DNA of 64,000 nt from NCBI GenBank assembly GCA_043228905.1, contig JBHGNT010000038.1, forward strand, positions 62,001 to 126,000, read 5' to 3'. The DNA is from Azolla caroliniana. Taxonomy: Eukaryota > Plantae > Polypodiophyta. Positions 54,201-64,000 of the stretch are shown piece by piece. A model generated the notes under the pieces. That model searched no databases. It saw nothing but the letters and a program-made list of their open reading frames with translations, and had not been told where the DNA came from. Every line of letters starts with the position of its first letter. The stretch's first letter is position 1. Position numbers and translations under genes: made by a program.

Positions 54201-55100
54201 TTGAGGAGTGAGTTGAGAGGAGCCCTTGAGTAAATTAAAATGGTCATACCTAGCGAGTGTGATATCGGACTTTTGTGTACAAACATGCGAATCGAAGCTA
54301 ACAACGCTAGCTATGATATGGAATTAAAAAATCAAGATTTTGAAACTTACGTCGAGAGATATGACGAAATTAGCAAATTTGAGGAGTAAGTTGAGAGGAG
54401 CCCTTGAGTAAATTAAAATGGTCATACCTAGCGAGTGTGATATCGGATTTTTGTGTTCAAACTTGCGAATCTAAGCTAACAACGCTAGCTATGATATGGA
54501 ATTAAAAAATCAAGATTTTGAAACTCAGGTCGAGAGACATGACGAAATTACCAAATTTGAGGAGTGAGTTAAGAAGAGCTATTAGGTAAATTATAATGTT
54601 CATACCTGGCTCGTGTGATATCGGATTTCTGTGTTCAAACATGCGAATCGAAGCTAATAACGCTAGCTATGATATGGAATTAAAAAATCAATATTTTGAA
54701 ACTCAGGTCGAGAGACATGACGAAATTAGCAAATTTGAGGAGTGAGTTGAGATGAGCCCTTGAGTAAATTAAAATGTTCATACATAGCGAGTGTGATATC
54801 GGATTTTTGTGTACAAACATGCGAATCGAAGCTAACAACGCTAGCTATGATATGGAATTAAAAAATCAAGATTTTGAAACTCAGGTCGAGAGACATGACG
54901 AAATTACCAAATTTGAGGAGTGAGTTGAGAGGAGCCCTTGAGTAAATTATAATGTTCATACCTGGTTCGTGTGATATCGGATTTTTGTGTTCAAACATGC
55001 GAATCGAAGCTAATAACGCTAGCTATGATATGGAATTAAAAAATCAAGATTTTGCAACTCAAGTCAAGAGACATGAAGAAATTACCAAATTTGAGGAGTG
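42274..55100 (+). repeat. Triplicated block with 17-mer (3028 bp), 35-mer (6234 bp) and 52-mer (9262 bp) offsets
   Basis: TATCGGACTT occurs at 45001, 48029 and 54263. AATTTTAGGA occurs at about 43511 and 52773. GAGTAAGTTG occurs at about 48150 and 54385. ORF pairs are 42274/51536, 43165/52427 and 48864/55098. Confidence 0.85.
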
Positions 55101-58100
55101 AGGGTGGAAGAGCGCGTGAGTGAATTAAAATGTTCATACCTGGCTCGTGTGACATCGGATTTTTGTGTTCAAACATGCGAATCGAAGCTAACAACGCTAG
55201 CTATGATATGGAATAAAAAAAACAAGATTTTCAAACTCAGGTCAAGAGACATGACGAAATTAGCAAATTTGAGGAGTGAGTTGAGAGGAGCCCTTGAGTA
55301 AATTAAAATGGTCATACCTAGAGAGTGTGATATCGGATTTTTGTGTACAAACATGCGAATCGAAGCTAACAACGCTAGCTATGATATGGAATTAAAAAAT
55401 CAAGACTTTGAAACTCAGGTCAAGAGACATGACGAAATTACTAAATTTGAGGAGGGAGTTGAGAGGGGCCCTTGAGTAAATTCAAATGGTCATACCTAGC
55501 TCGTGTGATATCGGATTTTTGTGTTCAAACATGCGAATCGAAGCTAACAACGCTAGCTACGACATGGAATAAAAAAAAACAAGATTTTGAAACTCAGGTC
55601 AAGAGACATGACGAAATTAGCAAATTTGAGGAGTGAGTTGAGAGGAGCCCTTGAGTAAATTAAAATGTTCATACATAGCGAGTGTGATATCGGATTTTTG
55701 TGTACAAACATGCGAATCGAAGCTAACAACGCTAGCTATGATATGGAATTAAAAAATCAAGATTTTAAAACTCAGGTCGAGAGACATGACGAAATTACCA
55801 AATTTGAGGAGTGAGTTGAGAGGAGCCCTTGAGTAAATTATAATGTTCATACCTGGTTCGTGTGATATCGGATTTTTGTGTTCAAACATGCGAATCGAAG
55901 CTAATAACGCTAGCTATGATATGGAATTAAAAAATCAAGATTTTGCAACTCAAGTCAAGAGACATGAAGAAATTACCAAATTTGAGGAGTGAGGTTGGAA
56001 GAGCGCGTGAGTGAATTAAAATGTTCATACCTGGCTCGTGTGATATCGGATTTTTGTGTTCAAACATGCGAATCGAAGCTAACAACGCTAGCTATGATAT
56101 GGAATAAAAAAAACAAGACTTTGAAACTCAGGTCAAGAGACATGACGAAATTACTAAATTTGAGGAGGGAGTTGAGAGGGGCCCTTGAGTAAATTCAAAT
56201 GGTCATACCTAGCTCGTGTGATATCGGATTTTTGTGTTCAAACATGCGAATCGAAGCTAACAACGCTAGCTACGACATGGAATAAAAAAAAACAAGATTT
56301 TGAAACTCAGGTCAAGAGACATGACGAAATTAGCAAATTTGAGGAGTGAGTTGAGAGGAGCCCTTGAGTAAATTAAAATGTTCATACATAGCGAGTGTGA
56401 TATCGGATTTTTGTGTACAAACATGCGAATCGAAGCTAACAACGCTAGCTATGATATGGAATTAAAAAATCAAGATTTTGACACTCAGGTCGAGAGACAT
56501 GACGAAATTACCAAATTTGAGGAGGGAGTTGAGAGGGGCCCTTGAGTAAATTAATATGTTCATACCTAGCTCGTGTGATATCGGATTTTTGTGTTCAAAC
56601 ATGCGAATCGAAGCTAACAACGCTAGCTATGATATGGAATTAAAAAATCAATATTTTGAAACTCAGGTCGAGAGACATGACGAAATTAGCAAATTTGAGG
56701 AGTGAGTTGAGATGAGCCCTTGAGTAAATTAAAATGTTCATACATAGCGAGTGTGATATCGGATTTTTGTGTACAAACATGCGAATCGAAGCTAACAACG
56801 CTAGCTATGATATGGAATTAAAAAATCAATATTTTGAAACTCAGGTCGAGAGACATGACGAAATTAGCAAATTTGAGGAGTGAGTTGAGATGAGCCCTTG
56901 AGTAAATTAAAATGTTCATACATAGCGAGTGTGATATCGGATTTTTGTGTACAAACATGCGAATCGAAGCTAACAACGCTAGCTATGATATGGAATTAAA
57001 AAATCAAGATTTTGAAACTCAGGTCGAGAGACATGACGAAATTACCAAATTTGAGGAGTGAGTTGAGAGGAGCCCTTGAGTAAATTATAATGTTCATACC
57101 TGGTTCGTGTGATATCGGATTTTTGTGTTCAAACATGCGAATCGAAGCTAATAACGCTAGCTATGATATGGAATTAAAAAATCAAGATTTTGCAACTCAA
57201 GTCAAGAGACATGAAGAAATTACCAAATTTGAGGAGTGAGGGTGGAAGAGCGCGTGAGTGAATTAAAATGTTCATACCTGGCTCGTGTGACATCGGATTT
57301 TTGTGTTCAAACATGCGAATCGAAGCTAACAACGCTAGCTATGATATGGAATAAAAAAAACAAGATTTTCAAACTCAGGTCAAGAGACATGACGAAATTA
57401 GCAAATTTGAGGAGTGAGTTGAGAGGAGCCCTTGAGTAAATTAAAATGGTCATACCTAGAGAGTGTGATATCGGATTTTTGTGTACAAACATGCGAATCG
57501 AAGCTAACAACGCTAGCTATGATATGGAATTAAAAAATCAAGACTTTGAAACTCAGGTCAAGAGACATGACGAAATTACTAAATTTGAGGAGGGAGTTGA
57601 GAGGGGCCCTTGAGTAAATTCAAATGGTCATACCTAGCTCGTGTGATATCGGATTTTTGTGTTCAAACATGCGAATCGAAGCTAACAACGCTAGCTACGA
57701 CATGGAATAAAAAAAAACAAGATTTTGAAACTCAGGTCAAGAGACATGACGAAATTAGCAAATTTGAGGAGTGAGTTGAGAGGAGCCCTTGAGTAAATTA
57801 AAATGTTCATACATAGCGAGTGTGATATCGGATTTTTGTGTACAAACATGCGAATCGAAGCTAACAACGCTAGCTATGATATGGAATTAAAAAATCAAGA
57901 TTTTAAAACTCAGGTCGAGAGACATGACGAAATTACCAAATTTGAGGAGTGAGTTGAGAGGAGCCCTTGAGTAAATTATAATGTTCATACCTGGTTCGTG
58001 TGATATCGGATTTTTGTGTTCAAACATGCGAATCGAAGCTAATAACGCTAGCTATGATATGGAATTAAAAAATCAAGATTTTGCAACTCAAGTCAAGAGA

Positions 58101-61100
58101 CATGAAGAAATTACCAAATTTGAGGAGTGAGGTTGGAAGAGCGCGTGAGTGAATTAAAATGTTCATACCTGGCTCGTGTGATATCGGATTTTTGTGTTCA
58201 AACATGCGAATCGAAGCTAACAACGCTAGCTATGATATGGAATAAAAAAAACAAGACTTTGAAACTCAGGTCAAGAGACATGACGAAATTACTAAATTTG
58301 AGGAGGGAGTTGAGAGGGGCCCTTGAGTAAATTCAAATGGTCATACCTAGCTCGTGTGATATCGGATTTTTGTGTTCAAACATGCGAATCGAAGCTAACA
58401 ACGCTAGCTACGACATGGAATAAAAAAAAACAAGATTTTGAAACTCAGGTCAAGAGACATGACGAAATTAGCAAATTTGAGGAGTGAGTTGAGAGGAGCC
58501 CTTGAGTAAATTATAATGTTCATACCTGGTTCGTGTGATATCGGATTTTTGTGTTCAAACATGCGAATCGAAGCTAATAACGCTAGCTATGATATGGAAT
58601 TAAAAAATCAAGATTTTGCAACTCAAGTCAAGAGACATGAAGAAATTACCAAATTTGAGGAGTGAGGGTGGAAGAGCGCGTGAGTGAATTAAAATGTTCA
58701 TACCTGGCTCGTGTGACATCGGATTTTTGTGTTCAAACATGCGAATCGAAGCTAACAACGCTAGCTATGATATGGAATAAAAAAAACAAGATTTTCAAAC
58801 TCAGGTCAAGAGACATGACGAAATTAGCAAATTTGAGGAGTGAGTTGAGAGGAGCCCTTGAGTAAATTAAAATGGTCATACCTAGAGAGTGTGATATCGG
58901 ATTTTTGTGTACAAACATGCGAATCGAAGCTAACAACGCTAGCTATGATATGGAATTAAAAAATCAAGACTTTGAAACTCAGGTCAAGAGACATGACGAA
59001 ATTACTAAATTTGAGGAGGGAGTTGAGAGGGGCCCTTGAGTAAATTCAAATGGTCATACCTAGCTCGTGTGATATCGGATTTTTGTGTTCAAACATGCGA
59101 ATCGAAGCTAACAACGCTAGCTACGACATGGAATAAAAAAAAACAAGATTTTGAAACTCAGGTCAAGAGACATGACGAAATTAGCAAATTTGAGGAGTGA
59201 GTTGAGAGGAGCCCTTGAGTAAATTAAAATGTTCATACATAGCGAGTGTGATATCGGATTTTTGTGTACAAACATGCGAATCGAAGCTAACAACGCTAGC
59301 TATGATATGGAATTAAAAAATCAAGATTTTGAAACTCAGGTCGAGAGACATGACGAAATTACCAAATTTGAGGAGTGAGTTGAGAGGAGCCCTTGAGTAA
59401 ATTATAATGTTCATACCTGGTTCGTGTGATATCGGATTTTTGTGTTCAAACATGCGAATCGAAGCTAATAACGCTAGCTATGATATGGAATTAAAAAATC
59501 AAGATTTTGCAACTCAAGTCAAGAGACATGAAGAAATTACCAAATTTGAGGAGTGAGGGTGGAAGAGCGCGTGAGTGAATTAAAATGTTCATACCTGGCT
59601 CGTGTGACATCGGATTTTTGTGTTCAAACATGCGAATCGAAGCTAACAACGCTAGCTATGATATGGAATAAAAAAAACAAGATTTTCAAACTCAGGTCAA
59701 GAGACATGACGAAATTAGCAAATTTGAGGAGTGAGTTGAGAGGAGCCCTTGAGTAAATTAAAATGGTCATACCTAGAGAGTGTGATATCGGATTTTTGTG
59801 TACAAACATGCGAATCGAAGCTAACAACGCTAGCTATGATATGGAATTAAAAAATCAAGACTTTGAAACTCAGGTCAAGAGACATGACGAAATTACTAAA
59901 TTTGAGGAGGGAGTTGAGAGGGGCCCTTGAGTAAATTCAAATGGTCATACCTAGCTCGTGTGATATCGGATTTTTGTGTTCAAACATGCGAATCGAAGCT
60001 AACAACGCTAGCTACGACATGGAATAAAAAAAAACAAGATTTTGAAACTCAGGTCAAGAGACATGACGAAATTAGCAAATTTGAGGAGTGAGTTGAGAGG
60101 AGCCCTTGAGTAAATTAAAATGTTCATACATAGCGAGTGTGATATCGGATTTTTGTGTACAAACATGCGAATCGAAGCTAACAACGCTAGCTATGATATG
60201 GAATTAAAAAATCAAGATTTTAAAACTCAGGTCGAGAGACATGACGAAATTACCAAATTTGAGGAGTGAGTTGAGAGGAGCCCTTGAGTAAATTATAATG
60301 TTCATACCTGGTTCGTGTGATATCGGATTTTTGTGTTCAAACATGCGAATCGAAGCTAATAACGCTAGCTATGATATGGAATTAAAAAATCAAGATTTTG
60401 CAACTCAAGTCAAGAGACATGAAGAAATTACCAAATTTGAGGAGTGAGGTTGGAAGAGCGCGTGAGTGAATTAAAATGTTCATACCTGGCTCGTGTGATA
60501 TCGGATTTTTGTGTTCAAACATGCGAATCGAAGCTAACAACGCTAGCTATGATATGGAATAAAAAAAACAAGACTTTGAAACTCAGGTCAAGAGACATGA
60601 CGAAATTACTAAATTTGAGGAGGGAGTTGAGAGGGGCCCTTGAGTAAATTCAAATGGTCATACCTAGCTCGTGTGATATCGGATTTTTGTGTTCAAACAT
60701 GCGAATCGAAGCTAACAACGCTAGCTACGACATGGAATAAAAAAAAACAAGATTTTGAAACTCAGGTCAAGAGACATGACGAAATTAGCAAATTTGAGGA
60801 GTGAGTTGAGAGGAGCCCTTGAGTAAATTATAATGTTCATACCTGGTTCGTGTGATATCGGATTTTTGTGTTCAAACATGCGAATCGAAGCTAATAACGC
60901 TAGCTATGATATGGAATTAAAAAATCAAGATTTTGCAACTCAAGTCAAGAGACATGAAGAAATTACCAAATTTGAGGAGTGAGGGTGGAAGAGCGCGTGA
61001 GTGAATTAAAATGTTCATACCTGGCTCGTGTGACATCGGATTTTTGTGTTCAAACATGCGAATCGAAGCTAACAACGCTAGCTATGATATGGAATAAAAA

Positions 61101-62330
61101 AAACAAGATTTTCAAACTCAGGTCAAGAGACATGACGAAATTAGCAAATTTGAGGAGTGAGTTGAGAGGAGCCCTTGAGTAAATTAAAATGGTCATACCT
61201 AGAGAGTGTGATATCGGATTTTTGTGTACAAACATGCGAATCGAAGCTAACAACGCTAGCTATGATATGGAATTAAAAAATCAAGACTTTGAAACTCAGG
61301 TCAAGAGACATGACGAAATTACTAAATTTGAGGAGGGAGTTGAGAGGGGCCCTTGAGTAAATTCAAATGGTCATACCTAGCTCGTGTGATATCGGATTTT
61401 TGTGTTCAAACATGCGAATCGAAGCTAACAACGCTAGCTACGACATGGAATAAAAAAAAACAAGATTTTGAAACTCAGGTCAAGAGACATGACGAAATTA
61501 GCAAATTTGAGGAGTGAGTTGAGAGGAGCCCTTGAGTAAATTAAAATGTTCATACATAGCGAGTGTGATATCGGATTTTTGTGTACAAACATGCGAATCG
61601 AAGCTAACAACGCTAGCTATGATATGGAATTAAAAAATCAAGATTTTAAAACTCAGGTCGAGAGACATGACGAAATTACCAAATTTGAGGAGTGAGTTGA
61701 GAGGAGCCCTTGAGTAAATTATAATGTTCATACCTGGTTCGTGTGATATCGGATTTTTGTGTTCAAACATGCGAATCGAAGCTAATAACGCTAGCTATGA
61801 TATGGAATTAAAAAATCAAGATTTTGCAACTCAAGTCAAGAGACATGAAGAAATTACCAAATTTGAGGAGTGAGGTTGGAAGAGCGCGTGAGTGAATTAA
61901 AATGTTCATACCTGGCTCGTGTGATATCGGATTTTTGTGTTCAAACATGCGAATCGAAGCTAACAACGCTAGCTATGATATGGAATAAAAAAAACAAGAC
62001 TTTGAAACTCAGGTCAAGAGACATGACGAAATTACTAAATTTGAGGAGGGAGTTGAGAGGGGCCCTTGAGTAAATTCAAATGGTCATACCTAGCTCGTGT
62101 GATATCGGATTTTTGTGTTCAAACATGCGAATCGAAGCTAACAACGCTAGCTACGACATGGAATAAAAAAAAACAAGATTTTGAAACTCAGGTCAAGAGA
62201 CATGACGAAATTAGCAAATTTGAGGAGTGAGTTGAGAGGAGCCCTTGAGTAAATTAAAATGTTCATACATAGCGAGTGTGATATCGGATTTTTGTGTACA
62301 AACATGCGAATCGAAGCTAACAACGCTAGC
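55098..62330 (+). repeat. Young, highly homogeneous HOR domain built from a 5-mer (891 bp) and a derived 3-mer (535 bp)
   Basis: Class-A monomer starts at 57236, 58127, 58662, 59553, 60444, 60979 and 61870 (spacings 891, 535, 891, 891, 535, 891). Private GAGTGAGGGTGG is seen only from 55098 onward. Confidence 0.9.
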
Positions 62331-64000
62331 TATGATATGGAATTAAAAAATCAAGATTTTGAAACTCAGGTCGAGAGACATGACGAAATTACCAAATTTG
62401 AGGAGGGAGTTGAGAGGGGCCCTTGAGTAAATTAATATGTTCATACCTAGCTCGTGTGATATCGGATTTTTGTGTTCAAACATGCGAATCGAAGCTAACA
62501 ACGCTAGCTATGATATGGAATTAAAAAATCAATATTTTGAAACTCAGGTCGAGAGACATGACGAAATTAGCAAATTTGAGGAGTGAGTTGAGATGAGCCC
62601 TTGAGTAAATTAAAATGTTCATACATAGCGAGTGTGATATCGGATTTTTGTGTACAAACATGCGAATCGAAGCTAACAACGCTAGCTATGATATGGAATT
62701 AAAAAATCAAGATTTTGAAACTCAGGTCGAGAGACATGACGAAATTACCAAATTTGAGGAGGGGGTTGAGAGGGGCCCTTGAGTAAATTAAAATGTTCAT
62801 ACCTAGCTCGTGTGATATCGGATTTTTGTGTTCAAACATGCGAATCGAAGCTAACAACGCTAGCTATGATATGGAATAAAAAAAACAAGATTTTGAAACT
62901 CAGGTCGAGAGACATGACGAAATTACCAAATTTGAGGAGTGAGTTGAGAGGAGCCCTTGAGTAAATTAAAATGGTCATACCTAGCGAGTGTGATATCGGA
63001 TTTTTGTGTTCAAACATGCGAATCGAAGCTAACAACGCTAGGTATGATTTAGAATTAAAAAATCAAGATTTTGAAACTCAGGTCGAGAGACATGACGAAA
63101 TTACCAAATTTGAGGAGTGAGTTAAGAAGAGCTATTAGGTAAATTATAATGTTCATACCTGGCTCGTGTGATATCGGATTTTTGTGTTCAAACATGCGAA
63201 TCGAAGCTAATAACGCTAGCTATGATATGGAATTAAAAAATCAATATTTTGAAACTCAGGTCGAGAGACATGACGAAATTAGCAAATTTGAGGAGTGAGT
63301 TGAGATGAGCCCTTGAGTAAATTAAAATGTTCATACATAGCGAGTGTGATATCGGATTTTTGTGTACAAACATGCGAATCGAAGCTAACAACGCTAGCTA
63401 TGATATGGAATTAAAAAATCAAGATTTTGAAACTCAGGTCGAGAGACATGACGAAATTACCAAATTTGAGGAGTGAGTTGAGAGGAGCCCTTGAGTAAAT
63501 TATAATGTTCATACCTGGTTCGTGTGATATCGGATTTTTGTGTTCAAACATGCGAATCGAAGCTAATAACGCTAGCTATGATATGGAATTAAAAAATCAA
63601 GATTTTGCAACTCAACTCAAGAGACATGACGAAATTACTAAATTTGAGGAGGGAGTTGAGAGGGGCCCTTGAGTAAATTCAAATGGTCATACCTAGCTCG
63701 TGTGATATCGGATTTTTGTGTTCAAACATGCGAATCGAAGCTAACAACGCTAGCTATGATATGGAATAAAAACAAGATTTTCAAACTCAGGTCAAGAGAC
63801 ATGACGAAATTAGCAAATTTGAGGAGTGAGTTGAGAGGAGCCCTTGAGTAAATTAAAATGTTCATACCTGGTTCGTGTGATATCGGATTTTTGTGTACAA
63901 ACATGCGAATCGAAGCTAACAACGCTAGCTATGATATGGAATTACAAAATCAAGATTTTGAAACTCAGGTCGAGAGACATGATGAAATTACCAAATTTGA

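Larger units (their letters stand above)
1..64000 (+). repeat. Tandem satellite DNA array, 178-bp monomer, about 360 copies, all head-to-tail in one orientation (family/species unassigned)
   Basis: AGATTTTGAAACT recurs at 1, 179, 357 and onward. Identical ORFs recur at multiples of 178 (e.g. 5463/5997 = 3x178; 3327/4573 = 7x178). No non-satellite sequence was seen, and the array runs off both ends of the window. Confidence 0.99.

Noticed and set aside
1120-63922. Many 60-96 aa ORFs on both strands (MRLEERVSELK..., MLASIRMF..., MKLRSRDM...)
   Set aside because: Each spans only about 1-1.6 monomers and opens only where a SNV removes a stop codon, e.g. TAA>AAA in the A-tract. Most begin with TTG or GTG, they overlap antisense to each other, and they have no recognisable domain. 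Because 178 is not a multiple of 3, the frame shifts every monomer.
1-64000. CRISPR array or diversity-cassette system (constant repeat plus variable 28-bp segment)
   Set aside because: The variable segments are a few homologous alleles reused many times, not unique spacers. The constant part is about 150 bp, and there are no cas, reverse transcriptase or recombinase genes.
1-64000. Arabidopsis CEN178 or primate alpha satellite identity
   Set aside because: The length is similar, but the sequence does not resemble those consensuses as I recall them, and I saw no canonical CENP-B box. A database search is needed to assign the family.
1-64000. 5S rDNA, tRNA or snRNA tandem gene array
   Set aside because: No 5S rRNA sequence, tRNA cloverleaf or convincing Pol III A/B/C boxes are present in the monomer.
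1-64000. Transposon insertions, inversions or telomeric repeats
   Set aside because: The monomer phase is continuous across the window apart from small indels. I saw no foreign sequence, strand switch or TTTAGGG/TTAGGG tracts.

Overview
The whole 64 kb window is one uninterrupted, head-to-tail, single-orientation tandem satellite array of about 360 monomers of 178 bp. Approximate consensus: AGATTTTGAAACTCAGGTCGAGAGACATGACGAAATTA(C/G)CAAATTTGAGGAG(T/G)GAGTTGAGAGGAGCCCTTGAGTAAATTAAAATG(G/T)TCATACCT(A/G)GC(GA/TC)GTGTGATATCGGATTTTTGTGT(A/T)CAAACATGCGAATCGAAGCTAACAACGCTAGCTATGATATGGAATTAAAAAATCA. I see no protein-coding genes, RNA genes, transposon insertions, CRISPR spacers or inversions. The ORF track is a by-product of the repeat. 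The nucleosome-sized monomer, local homogenisation and CpG/CHH transition variants suggest eukaryotic, possibly plant, centromeric/pericentromeric or subtelomeric heterochromatin. I cannot name the family or species; it does not resemble Arabidopsis CEN178 as I remember it. The real information lies in the variant pattern. There are several length-conserved monomer classes, nested higher-order duplications (2-, 3-, 4-, 5-, 7/8-, 9-, 13-, 15-, 16-, 17- and 19-mers), copies displaced by 6-20 kb, chimeric monomers at junctions and one 24-bp internal duplication. The left end is heterogeneous and the right end carries a young 5-mer-based HOR domain. I found no evidence of a new gene-encoded system. 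Block boundaries were estimated by eye from diagnostic variants and ORF-track offsets.
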